Source: Gemmatimonadota bacterium (GTDB lineage: Bacteria > Latescibacterota > UBA2968 > UBA8231). From it: 64,000 nt of DNA. A program made the position numbers and the translations under genes. Shown one piece after another: positions 19,055 to 28,367 of this stretch. Each line of letters starts with the position of its first letter. The first letter of the stretch is position 1. The stretch is from the NCBI GenBank assembly GCA_038128265.1, contig JAYPJE010000005.1:23489-87488 (forward strand), written 5' to 3'. The notes under the pieces were generated by a model. The model made no database searches and was not told the DNA's origin. It worked only from the letters and a program-made list of their open reading frames with translations.

Positions 19055-19564
19055 CTACTTTTGCGCGGCTAGTAAATCGCCGTAGGAACCCTCGACGAGC
19101 TGTTCACCGGTGATTTCGAGCGCGCGCATAAGCGTCTCAACGCGCCGGTGGCTCTCCTCAATTCCCTGCTCTTCAGTGACCGCTTCCAATTCGACAAACT
19201 GGCCCAACCCCTTCACGTCATCTAGGTGTATGCGCACGTTTTCCCACAGCCACACCTGGCGCGTCTTTTCAACTTCGACCCAAGATCCCATAACTTGGCT
19301 CAGCATTTTGCACATCGCCTCGGGATCTTCCGTCTTGGCAACTTCGTAGTCGCTGCGTTTGGGACCGGCCAAATCCTCTCTCTTATAGTAGATTAAATGG
19401 CCGTCATCTGGGCCGAGTTCGCGCAGCTTGAGCCGCCCCTCGCCAATGCAAAAGTACGTATCGCGCTGGTGGAACGTCCCAGCGGGACCTGCGCCGATTG
19501 CATTGAGGTTTTCCTCGGCGCGCTCAACGTTTTCGCAGCGCGCTTTAATTTCGATATTTGTCAT
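19055..19564 (-). CDS. CYTH-domain protein (class IV adenylate cyclase CyaB family)
   Basis: NIEIKAR (ExExK), QRDTYF, GRLKLRE, VRIHLDDVKGLGQFVELE. Confidence 0.9.
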   Translation of the reverse strand: MTNIEIKARCENVERAEENLNAIGAGPAGTFHQRDTYFCIGEGRLKLRELGPDDGHLIYYKREDLAGPKRSDYEVAKTEDPEAMCKMLSQVMGSWVEVEKTRQVWLWENVRIHLDDVKGLGQFVELEAVTEEQGIEESHRRVETLMRALEITGEQLVEGSYGDLLAAQK

Positions 19565-19637
19565 GGTTTATTCCCGCCATCCTCCAGCGCTTCTGCCGCT
19601 AAATCTACGCCTTCACCTGCCCCAGTGCAAGCAGCAC

Positions 19638-20684
19638 TCAGCACCAGTCTTCGACGGCTAGTTCGCAGCGGCGCAGGCGCTGCAGGACGGCATTCCAACG
19701 CTCAGCTGACAGCGGTATTCCCCGCTGTATACGCGCCTGGCGCTCCTGCAAAGCACGCTCGCCGGGCGCGCGCACTCGGTCCGTGCCCAGCGCGGGGGCA
19801 ATCTGGCGCACGCTGTGCATCAGAAACGCACAGCGCTCTGCCAGGACCTCTCTACCGCCAAAAAAATCGCCGTCGATCGCCATGATAAAAAACGAGCTGC
19901 CGTATGGGCCGCTGAGCTCTTCTACCGGCGGCACGTCGCGGCCACATGGTCCGCCGCTGAGTCCACCACAGAGCAAATCGACTAATAGCCCCAAACCGTA
20001 TCCCAGCGCACCGCCAACGGGCAGCAGCGCGCCGCCCTCGAGTGCCTCTGGATCGTTTGAGGGACGGCCTTGTGCATCGACCAATACGCCATCGCCAACA
20101 CACAGACCTTCGTCGCGCGCGGCAGTCACGCGGGCTGCCGAATGTCCCGTTGCCGCATCAAAGACCAGCATCTGGCCGTCGGCTGATGGCACGGCATAGG
20201 ACAGCGGATTTGTCCCGTGGACGCCCTCTCTGCCGCCGTGCGGTGCTACGCGCGGCGTCGAATTGGCAGCGCACATGCCCAACATACCGCTCTGCCCGAT
20301 GCGCTCGACATAGGGCGCAAGTGCGCCCACGTAGTTGCAGTTGGAAATCGACGCAACGCCAACGCCGGCTTGCGCCGCCTTGTCGACCACGAGCGCAGCC
20401 GCTTCAAGTGCCTGCACGGGACCCAGCCCATGTCCGCCGTCGCAAAACAGCGTGGCACCGCGATCGCGTACAATCTGCAGATCAACGCCCGGGCACATCT
20501 GTCCCGAGCGAATGCGCTCTGCGTAAATAGGCAGCGATAAAATCCCGTGGCTATCGACTCCGCGCAGACTAGACTCGACTAACACATCGCTACAAACCTG
20601 GGCCTCCCGCTCACCAACGCCTAGCTGGTGCAGTATATCTCTGCAAAACGCATCGGCTCGAGCGCGGGTTATAGTCGACGTCAT
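19638..20684 (-). CDS. Ldh_2 family oxidoreductase (malate/L-lactate/L-sulfolactate/ureidoglycolate dehydrogenase-like)
   Basis: LRGVDSHG, DGGHGLG, GTNPLSYAVP, GYGLGLLVDLL, RAPGE. Confidence 0.9.
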   Translation of the reverse strand: MTSTITRARADAFCRDILHQLGVGEREAQVCSDVLVESSLRGVDSHGILSLPIYAERIRSGQMCPGVDLQIVRDRGATLFCDGGHGLGPVQALEAAALVVDKAAQAGVGVASISNCNYVGALAPYVERIGQSGMLGMCAANSTPRVAPHGGREGVHGTNPLSYAVPSADGQMLVFDAATGHSAARVTAARDEGLCVGDGVLVDAQGRPSNDPEALEGGALLPVGGALGYGLGLLVDLLCGGLSGGPCGRDVPPVEELSGPYGSSFFIMAIDGDFFGGREVLAERCAFLMHSVRQIAPALGTDRVRAPGERALQERQARIQRGIPLSAERWNAVLQRLRRCELAVEDWC

Positions 20685-21109
20685 CTGCGCCGCCCGCCGC
20701 GCGCGGCGCGGCGCTTGCGCACGCTATACTTATCCGATGAAGTCCAACGCTGACCGCAGCGCAGACACAGGTGTTTGCGAACGCGGTGCACCGTTCGATA
20801 GACGCCACCGGTCACCCGCAGCACTCCCGGCAGATCGTATATCCAGTCCAAACGGGCCAAGCCAGGCAACCGGCGCGCAACCTGGCGCAGAGCAGCCATG
20901 CCCTCGTAGATGCGCCCCTGGGCATCACAGGCCGTCAGCTGTTCGGCGGCGCGTTCAAAATCGATGTGGGGAAAGCGCTCCTCCACGCCTTCAGCCAATT
21001 CCACCAGGCCAATGCGTCCCTGTGCGTCGCGCAGCGCAACCCACTCTTTGAATCGCATGCAAACGGCACATTCCGGATCGTAAAAAAGCTGAAGTTGCTC
21101 CTCCGGCAT
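20681..21109 (-). CDS. DCC1-like thiol-disulfide oxidoreductase (DUF393)
   Basis: FYDPECAVC (DxxCxxC) N-terminal motif. Confidence 0.85.
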   Translation of the reverse strand: MPEEQLQLFYDPECAVCMRFKEWVALRDAQGRIGLVELAEGVEERFPHIDFERAAEQLTACDAQGRIYEGMAALRQVARRLPGLARLDWIYDLPGVLRVTGGVYRTVHRVRKHLCLRCGQRWTSSDKYSVRKRRAARGGRRR

Positions 21110-21339
21110 ATTTTCCCTATCTACTTAAGCACCGCCGGACAGATACCCGCTGGCTGGCGGCAATTAGCGCACACAACGTGCGCCTTTTCTATTCTACTAA
21201 ATTCGCGCGCCGGGCAAAATCCCTGCGGCGACATCAGGTGAAATACATTGGCAATGATACCCAATCCCTCTGCATTCAACAGACGCGCATTCAACAGTTT
21301 TCTCGCGCATCGCTCCCTTCACACTCGCCCGAGCAGGCC

Positions 21340-22323
21340 GTGCGCGCCGTTGTCGTAGATCAGGCGCAGCAGCTGCGCTGGCAAGAAGTAGCCGATCCGG
21401 ACTGCGCGGCCGATCAGGTTCTGGTGGATGTCTACGCTAGCGCCGTCAACCGCGCTGACTTGCTGCAGCGCGCTGGGCTCTACCCGCCCCCTGCCGGCGC
21501 GTCCCCCTATATGGGCCTGGAAATGTGTGGCTCTATCGCTCACGTCGGCGATCGCGTGCGCGGCTGGAAGCGGGGCGATCGCGTGCTGGCCCTGCTCTCA
21601 GGTGGCGGCTACGCCGAACGCGTTGCGGTGCCCGCAGACCACCTGCTCGCCCTGCCCGACGACTGGGGTTTTGCTCGCGGAGCCGCCGTGCCCGAAGTCT
21701 TCCTCACCGCTTTTGTGAACCTCTTCTTAGAGGCACAGCTCCAACCCGGTGAAACCGCACTCATCCACGGCGGCGCCAGCGGCGTCGGCACCGCTGCCAT
21801 ACAGTTGGCCAGGGCGGCGGGCTGCCGCGTGATCGCCACGGCCGGCACAGCAACCAAAGTCGCGCGCTGCACCGAACTGGGTGCCGAACTAGCCGTCAAC
21901 TACCGCGAGCGCGATTTTGCCGAAGCCATAGAAGCGCACTGCGACGGCGTCGATGTCGTGCTCGACATCAGCGCGGCCGATTATCTGGAGCGCAACGTGC
22001 GCCTGCTCAAAACGGGGGGCCGACTCGTCTTTATCGCCCTGCTCTCGGGCACCAGCGCCGCGCTGGACATCGGCCAAGTGCTCGGCAAACGCCTGCGCCT
22101 GATTGGATCGACGCTGCGCAGCCGCAGCGACGCAGAGAAATCCGAGATTACGCGGGCCTTTGCAGAGCGCTTTTGGCCGCTGTTGATCGATGGCAGCATC
22201 GAACCCGTGATCGACTCGGTGCTGCCGATCGAACGCGTCGATGAGGCGCAGCAAATGCTAGCCGAAAACCGCACGATTGGCAAGGTAATCCTCGCCGTGC
22301 GCGAGGGAGGAGAAATCGCATGA
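21340..22323 (+). CDS. NAD(P)H-quinone oxidoreductase, PIG3 family
   Basis: VNRADLLQRAGLYPPP, GGGYAE, IHGGASGVGTAAIQ, GSTLRSR; GTG start at 21340 inferred. Confidence 0.92.
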   Translation: MRAVVVDQAQQLRWQEVADPDCAADQVLVDVYASAVNRADLLQRAGLYPPPAGASPYMGLEMCGSIAHVGDRVRGWKRGDRVLALLSGGGYAERVAVPADHLLALPDDWGFARGAAVPEVFLTAFVNLFLEAQLQPGETALIHGGASGVGTAAIQLARAAGCRVIATAGTATKVARCTELGAELAVNYRERDFAEAIEAHCDGVDVVLDISAADYLERNVRLLKTGGRLVFIALLSGTSAALDIGQVLGKRLRLIGSTLRSRSDAEKSEITRAFAERFWPLLIDGSIEPVIDSVLPIERVDEAQQMLAENRTIGKVILAVREGGEIA

Positions 22324-23345
22324 GTACGCGCTATCGCGAAGTAGACGTAGCAGGTTCGCCGTTGGAAATGGGTCGGCAGCTCGGCGAAGAGGCACGCGAA
22401 GAGGTGCGCGCATTTGCCACCATCGCCCTCGAGCGCGTAAACAAAACCATTGCCATCTCGCGCCAGTCCGCACTGGACGTCGCGCGCCAAAGTGCGGCCT
22501 GTGTAGAAGACTATGCGCCGCACATGCTCGACGAGCTGCGCGGCATGGCGCAGAGTTCGGGCGTCGACTTTGACGATCTCGTTCTCCTGCAGGTGCGCAA
22601 CCAGCTGCAGCCCGAAGAAGACGCCGGCTGCACGTCCTTTGCCGCTGCGTCCTCGATTGTCGCTCAAAATTGGGACAATGACCCCGCACTCGACCCATAC
22701 ACCATCGTGCTGCGCAGAAGACCGGACAATGGCCCCGCTCTGATGAACATTACGCAGGCGGGTCTCATCGCCTATATAGGACTCAATGAGGCGGGCATGG
22801 GCGTCTGTTTGAATACGCTACCGGCCCCGAGCCGGCGCGTCGGCGTGCCGCACTATTTTACCGTACGCGCGCTCTACGAGAGCCGCAGCCTCGAAGAAGC
22901 CGTAGCGGCCGTGCGCCGCGCCCAGCGCGCCATTCCCGCCAATATCATGCTGGCCACGCCGCAGGGGCCGGCCGATTTGGAAGTGACCGTCGACGACGTG
23001 CACGTCCTGCACGACGAGGCGCTCGTCACCCACACCAACCACTGTTTGCACCCAGATTTGGAACACATTAACCGCGATTTTCCCGAGCTCATTGAGTCCG
23101 GTCCACGGCTGCGCCGCATCAACCAGCTGCTCACTGCACACCCGCTCTCCGTAGAACGAGCGCAGGAGGCCCTGCGCGACCACCAGGACTATCCGCACTC
23201 GATCTGCCGCCACGCCAACGACCACCCCTCAAACGGCTTCTGGGTCAGCGTATTTTCCGTGGTTATAGAGGCGGCAGCCGGTCGCATGCACGTCAGTCGG
23301 GGCAACCCGTGCGAAAACGGCTACGAAATCTACTCGCTCAACTGA
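22320..23345 (+). CDS. C45 family autoproteolytic acyltransferase/hydrolase (Ntn fold)
   Basis: G/CTS autocleavage site, AQNWD, GLNEAG, HTNH. Confidence 0.9.
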   Translation: MSTRYREVDVAGSPLEMGRQLGEEAREEVRAFATIALERVNKTIAISRQSALDVARQSAACVEDYAPHMLDELRGMAQSSGVDFDDLVLLQVRNQLQPEEDAGCTSFAAASSIVAQNWDNDPALDPYTIVLRRRPDNGPALMNITQAGLIAYIGLNEAGMGVCLNTLPAPSRRVGVPHYFTVRALYESRSLEEAVAAVRRAQRAIPANIMLATPQGPADLEVTVDDVHVLHDEALVTHTNHCLHPDLEHINRDFPELIESGPRLRRINQLLTAHPLSVERAQEALRDHQDYPHSICRHANDHPSNGFWVSVFSVVIEAAAGRMHVSRGNPCENGYEIYSLN

Positions 23346-23372
23346 GCCACCAAACCTCGTTGGAGCATATTC

Positions 23373-24815
23373 ATGGGCACCCTACACGGCACCATTATCG
23401 ACGCGGCAACGGACCAGCTCATCGATGCCAAAGTCCACGTTCTCAACTCTATGGGCTCCTTTACCCATCCCAATAGCGCCTTGCTCAAGCGCGGTCCGGG
23501 AACGCCTTTTTTTTTCTCGCAGGGCGAATTTAGCATTTCCGTTCCGCGCGGCCGCACCGCCGTGCTCGTCGAACGCGGAACGGAATACGAGCCCTACCGC
23601 ACGACAGTCGAAGTACCCGAGAAGGGTGGAGTCAGCATAACGCTGCCAATCAACCGCTGGTATGCGCCGCAGCGCGCGCACTGGTATCCGGGGAATACGC
23701 ACATACACTACGACGAACAGGAAACGCGCCCGGACGAGCGCCTTGGTATCGACTGCAGCGTCGAGGGGTATAACGTGACCTGCGTCAGCGTGCTCGATCG
23801 CCGCCAGCTGCCCTACGCCAGCAACAAATATCCGCTCGGCGTTATGAACGAATTTACCACCGCTCACCACGTCCTCGATATCGGCGAGGAGAACCGCCAC
23901 TACGGCGACCATTCGCCTTGGGGATTCGGCTACGGGCACGTGATGTTTCTCAATATTCGCAACCTCGTGCAGCCGGTCAGCCGTGGACACACGCTGGCCG
24001 GCCAGTTCGACCCCGACTATCCGCCGCTGTGCTTTTGCTGCGACGAGGCGCGCGATCAGGGCGGTCTCGTGATCTGGTGCCACAACGGGCGCGGCATGGA
24101 GGCACCCATCGCCGCCGCGTTGGGCAAACTGGATGCGTTCAACCTATTCGATCCGTTCTGGATGGACCCCGAATACGAGCTGTGGTACAAGCTGCTCAAC
24201 TGCGGCATCCACCTGCCGGCATCGACGGGAACGGACTGGTTTGTCTGCTCTAACAACCGCGTCTATGTGCAGTGCGACGGCGATTTTTCCTACGCGAATT
24301 GGATCGATGGAATGAAGAGCGGACGCACCTTCATCACCAACGGACCGGCGCTTTCGTTCAGCGCCAACGGGATGGCCATGGGTGAAACCATCGCGCTGGA
24401 TGGCAGCGGCCAGGTAGAGGCGCACGCGACCTTCTCCTCTTTCTATCCGATAGAGCGCGCCGAACTGATCGTCAACGGTGCGATTGCCCAGCGCTGGCAC
24501 TGGCCGGAGGGACGCCGCGATGGGACGCTCGAATGCGCACTGCGCGTCGAGCACGACGGCTGGGTGGCCGTTCGCCTGTGGGGCGATAGCCGCGACAGCT
24601 TTGATCACGCCCTATTTGCCCACTCTAGTCCGGTGTACTTTCGCTGCGGCCAGCCGCCCATACAGCGCGCCGACTCAGCCCAGTTTTTTCTCCAATCCAT
24701 CGACGAATCGCTGCGCTGGATTGACCGCTATGGTCGCTACAACAGCGACCAGCAGCGAGAAGACGTGCGCGAGCTATTCAAACGCGGACGCGAGGCCTAC
24801 GCCCAACTGGCCTAA
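23373..24815 (+). CDS. CehA/McbA family metallohydrolase (PHP-like)
   Basis: WYPGNTHIH, GEENRH, YGHV, WYKLLNCG, TGTD, GRTFITNGP, AHSSPVY. Confidence 0.82.
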   Translation: MGTLHGTIIDAATDQLIDAKVHVLNSMGSFTHPNSALLKRGPGTPFFFSQGEFSISVPRGRTAVLVERGTEYEPYRTTVEVPEKGGVSITLPINRWYAPQRAHWYPGNTHIHYDEQETRPDERLGIDCSVEGYNVTCVSVLDRRQLPYASNKYPLGVMNEFTTAHHVLDIGEENRHYGDHSPWGFGYGHVMFLNIRNLVQPVSRGHTLAGQFDPDYPPLCFCCDEARDQGGLVIWCHNGRGMEAPIAAALGKLDAFNLFDPFWMDPEYELWYKLLNCGIHLPASTGTDWFVCSNNRVYVQCDGDFSYANWIDGMKSGRTFITNGPALSFSANGMAMGETIALDGSGQVEAHATFSSFYPIERAELIVNGAIAQRWHWPEGRRDGTLECALRVEHDGWVAVRLWGDSRDSFDHALFAHSSPVYFRCGQPPIQRADSAQFFLQSIDESLRWIDRYGRYNSDQQREDVRELFKRGREAYAQLA

Positions 24816-24867
24816 ACGGCGCATGGAGCGCAAACCGGTCGTACCCTAACGCGGAGAAGAGTGCAAC

Positions 24868-25878
24868 GTGAGCCAAACCAATCCTACCGTCGTCTTTCGC
24901 GGCCCCGGCGACGTGCTGATCGAAGAGCGCGAAGTGCCAACGCCTCAGCCCGGACAGCTGCTGGTGCGCACGGCCTGCACGCTCATTAGCACCGGCACCG
25001 AACTGACCATTCTCAACGGCTGCGGCGCACCGGGATCGAAGTGGGCGCAGTACGGCACATTTCCCTTCGTGCCCGGATACGACAATATCGGCGAGGTCGT
25101 CGCCGTGGGCGCTGACGTGGACAGTGGGTGGGTCGGGAAGCGGGTCGGAAGCTATGGATCACACGCCGCCTACACCTGCTGCAGCGCGGCGCACGCGCGG
25201 CCTCTGAACGAATCTATTGTGAGCGAAGAGGCGGCGTTTTTTACGCTGGCAGAGATCGCCATGAACGGGGTGCGGCGCGGTTTGGTCACCTGGGGTGAAG
25301 AAGCCATCGTATTTGGACTCGGCCTAGTGGGGCAGCTAACCGCCCGCTTCTGCCACCTAGCCGGCGCACGCGTAATCGGCGTGGAGCCATCGCCCCAGCG
25401 CCGCGCACGGCTGCCCGCGACGGCCCGACTGTGCGCCTTTGATCCCAGGGAGTCGGACCTGGTCGAATACGTGCGACAGCACACCCAGGGGCGCATGGCC
25501 GACGCGGCATTCGAGGTGACAGGTGCCCCGGACGCGCTTGCTGGACAAATTGCAACGCTGCGCCAACAGGGGCGCCTCGTGCTGCTGAGCAGTCCACGCG
25601 GCGCTACCGAACACTTCGACTTTCACGATTTGTGCAACGCGCCAAGCATTTCCATCATCGGCGCCCACAACAGCTCTCATCCGCCACACGCAGCCCCCGG
25701 CGCCTTTACGCAGCACCGACACGCAGCGCTGTTTTTCGACCTCATCGCCGCCGGCGAGTTGGATATGGCCCCGCTCATTTCCCATCGCGCACCCTTCGCA
25801 GACGCACCGGCTTTGTACGAAATGCTGCGCGAAGACCGCACGCGTGCCATGGGCGTCGTCCTGCAGTGGAACAGCTAA
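24868..25878 (+). CDS. MDR-family (zinc-binding type) alcohol dehydrogenase
   Basis: LISTGTE, PFVPGY, GLGLVGQ nucleotide-binding motif. Confidence 0.88.
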   Translation: MSQTNPTVVFRGPGDVLIEEREVPTPQPGQLLVRTACTLISTGTELTILNGCGAPGSKWAQYGTFPFVPGYDNIGEVVAVGADVDSGWVGKRVGSYGSHAAYTCCSAAHARPLNESIVSEEAAFFTLAEIAMNGVRRGLVTWGEEAIVFGLGLVGQLTARFCHLAGARVIGVEPSPQRRARLPATARLCAFDPRESDLVEYVRQHTQGRMADAAFEVTGAPDALAGQIATLRQQGRLVLLSSPRGATEHFDFHDLCNAPSISIIGAHNSSHPPHAAPGAFTQHRHAALFFDLIAAGELDMAPLISHRAPFADAPALYEMLREDRTRAMGVVLQWNS

Positions 25879-26690
25879 CTTTGCCGGCCTACCCGCGCGA
25901 TATCGCCAAACTCGCGCGGCGTCACTCGACATACGGCCTTGCCGCGCAACTTCCCGCTTATGCGGGGTATGGACTGCGGTGGGAATACGCCAGAGCCGAC
26001 CTTGCGCAGCGCCTGCTCCACGCTCAGTTCGCGGTGGAGAAACAGCCCCTCTAAGAGCAGGCGAAAGGATTCTTCGGAGGGTATGTCAAAGCGCGGTTTG
26101 GTTCGCTCAATAGACACAATGGCGCTGTCCACATTGGGACGCGGATAGAAAATATCGCGGCCCAGCGCTTCGATGATTTCCACATTGGCGCGCCGTTTCA
26201 GCGCCACGCTCAAACGGCAGTAGCCCTTCTCTCCAACGTGGGCACAGATGCGTTCGGCGAGGCGTTTTTGAAAGACCAGCACGCCCCTGTGAAAGCGCTG
26301 GTCGAGCATCTTGAAGATCAGCGGCAGCGCCACGCTGTAGGGCAAATTGGCAACGACCTTATCAAAGGCGGGAAAGTCGACTTCAAGAGCGTCACCCCAA
26401 ATGACCTCTAAGTGGTCGTGGCGTTTCTTCAGGTCGTTTAGACAGGGTGCAAACTGCCGATCTCGTTCGATGGCAACGACGCGTCCAGCCCGTTCCAAGA
26501 GCCTCCGCGTGAGGTTGCCGGGACCCGGCCCAATCTCCAACACGACGTCTGTCGCTTCGGGGCTTGCGTACTCGACTTCGCGGCGCAGCACCCCCTCGTC
26601 GCACAGAAAATTTTGCCCCAATTTGTGGTTTGGACGAATGCGGTAGTGCTGCAGGGCATCGCGCAGGTTTCGCGGCGCGCTGTTGGGCAT
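25875..26690 (-). CDS. rsmA: 16S rRNA adenine dimethyltransferase RsmA/KsgA/Dim1 family
   Basis: LGQNFL, LEIGPGPG, IERD, GDAL, ANLPY, FYPRPNVDS; start at ATG 26690. Confidence 0.88.
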   Translation of the reverse strand: MPNSAPRNLRDALQHYRIRPNHKLGQNFLCDEGVLRREVEYASPEATDVVLEIGPGPGNLTRRLLERAGRVVAIERDRQFAPCLNDLKKRHDHLEVIWGDALEVDFPAFDKVVANLPYSVALPLIFKMLDQRFHRGVLVFQKRLAERICAHVGEKGYCRLSVALKRRANVEIIEALGRDIFYPRPNVDSAIVSIERTKPRFDIPSEESFRLLLEGLFLHRELSVEQALRKVGSGVFPPQSIPRISGKLRGKAVCRVTPREFGDIARVGRQS

Positions 26691-26695
26691 GCGAT

Positions 26696-27661
26696 TCAAG
26701 CGACGCGACTGGGCAATTCTCGTCCCTGCAAACCGGCGAGCAAATTGTCTACCGAACGCTGGGCCATGGCATTGCGCGTCTGCACCGTGGCGCTGCCCAA
26801 ATGGGGCACGACAACGAGGTTGTCCAGCGCCAGCAGCGGATGGTCGCGCGGCAGCGGTTCGGGCTCGGTTACGTCCAGCGCCGCCGCATATATCCCCCCC
26901 TGCTCTAGGCATTCCAGCAGCGCTTCGTGATCGACCACGCCGCCGCGCGCGGCGTTGACCAAAACCGCCGTCTCTTTCATCAGCGCCAGTTCGCGCCGCC
27001 CGATCATACCGCGCGTCTCCTCTGTGAGCGGCATATTGAGCGCAACAAAATCCGCGCGCGTGAGGAGTTCGTCCAATGGAACATACTGCGCGCCCAAATC
27101 CTCTTCGGCGCGCCTGTTGTGCGTGCGATTGTGGTAGATAATCTGCATATCAAAAGCCTGCGCCCTGCGCGCTACCTGGTAGCCAATACTACCCAAACCG
27201 ACAATGCCCAGCGTGGCACCGTGCACTTCTTGACCGAGCATAAAGCTGGGATCGTAGGCAGTAAATTGATCGCTGCGCGCAAAATGGTCGCCTTTGACAA
27301 CGTTGCGCGCTGCCGCTAGCAGCAGGGCAAAGGTCATATCGGCCGTAGCGCCATCGAGTAATTGCGGCGTATTGCCAACGGGAATGCCGCGCTCCCGAGC
27401 GGCCGCCAAATCGATGTGGTCGACGCCCACGCCAAAGTTGCTGATAACGCGCAGGTTCGGCATGCGATCCATGTACTCGGCAGTAAAGGCAAAGTGTCCG
27501 TAGTTGTAGGCACCCTGGACCTGGCGCAGCACATCGTCGGCGGGTGCGGCGCCCAGCGGGTTCCAGCGAACCAACCGACAGCCAGCCCGTTCCAATAGGG
27601 GAACCACCGTCTCGTAGGGCTCGACTTCGCTGCGCAGCAACACGTCGTATTCTTCGGCCAT
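26696..27661 (-). CDS. D-isomer-specific 2-hydroxyacid dehydrogenase (glyoxylate reductase / D-glycerate dehydrogenase)
   Basis: GVGVDHID, GIVGLGSIG, NAARGGVVD, LDVTEPEP, PHLGSAT. Confidence 0.93.
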   Translation of the reverse strand: MAEEYDVLLRSEVEPYETVVPLLERAGCRLVRWNPLGAAPADDVLRQVQGAYNYGHFAFTAEYMDRMPNLRVISNFGVGVDHIDLAAARERGIPVGNTPQLLDGATADMTFALLLAAARNVVKGDHFARSDQFTAYDPSFMLGQEVHGATLGIVGLGSIGYQVARRAQAFDMQIIYHNRTHNRRAEEDLGAQYVPLDELLTRADFVALNMPLTEETRGMIGRRELALMKETAVLVNAARGGVVDHEALLECLEQGGIYAAALDVTEPEPLPRDHPLLALDNLVVVPHLGSATVQTRNAMAQRSVDNLLAGLQGRELPSRVA

Positions 27662-27724
27662 GCTATCTTCCCGTGTCTTTTTACCTGAAAAATAAATCGT
27701 CGGTACGCGCCCTATTTTGCGCAC

Positions 27725-27753
27725 AAAAAAACCCGGGGGAAGGCCCCCGGGTT
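27725..27753 (-). terminator. Intrinsic terminator
   Basis: Minus strand AACCCGGGGG-CCTT-CCCCCGGGTT continuing into a T run. Confidence 0.85.
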
Positions 27754-27773
27754 CCAACGCATATCGACCCTCT

Positions 27774-28232
27774 TTACACAGTCACATCAACCAGCGCCCC
27801 TCGCTCTCCCGAACCGCCCGGCGACGATACCCCAGCGGACTCGAGCTCTCCCTGCATGCTCTGACGCATCTGGCCGAGTTGGCGGACCGCGCGGTCAGCG
27901 CCGCCGCGATCTCCCACATCCAGCGCCAAGGCCGATCCCGTTTGCGCTACGGCATCGGCGCGACCCTCGCCGCCGACAATGCCATCGATTTCGTTGACGC
28001 GTCTCTGCAGATCGTTGAAGCGCGAGACCAGCAGCGAACGCTGTGCCGTGCTCACGCTGTCCGAGGACAGGCGCTGCGCCACCGCTTCCATTCCGCGCAC
28101 CAATTGGTCGACGCGCTCGAGCACGCGCGTGCGCTGCTCTTGGCGCTGAGCAGTCGCCCTATTTTGCACTTGGCCACGCTGCAGCTGAGACAGCGCTGAA
28201 GAGGCCGATGGGGACTGGGATACCTGGGGCAT
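27774..28232 (-). CDS. Small hypothetical protein, flagellin-core-like
   Basis: 152 aa; AAGGAG RBS, own promoter and terminator; helical pattern resembles the flagellin N-terminal D1 helices (by eye). Confidence 0.7.
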   Translation of the reverse strand: MPQVSQSPSASSALSQLQRGQVQNRATAQRQEQRTRVLERVDQLVRGMEAVAQRLSSDSVSTAQRSLLVSRFNDLQRRVNEIDGIVGGEGRADAVAQTGSALALDVGDRGGADRAVRQLGQMRQSMQGELESAGVSSPGGSGERGALVDVTV

Positions 28233-28267
28233 GGTGATCCGCTCCTTATAGGCTATATTGTACATTT

Positions 28268-28295
28268 ACAATAACACGCACATCACCCCTGTCAA
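28268..28295 (-). promoter_or_regulatory. Sigma70 promoter with extended -10
   Basis: Minus strand TTGACA-N16-TATTGT with TG-N immediately before the -10. Confidence 0.65.
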
Positions 28296-28367
28296 GAAAA
28301 AAACGCTTTGTCACTGCGGCGGAGCAGTTTGTAGACAGATCCAAGCCAAAAGCGAGGCAGGCCAACC

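Noticed and set aside
21210..21270. c-di-GMP-I riboswitch (GGGCAAA...CCTG-GCGA-CAGG)
   Set aside because: The conserved GACGCAAAG segment and P3 stem are missing.
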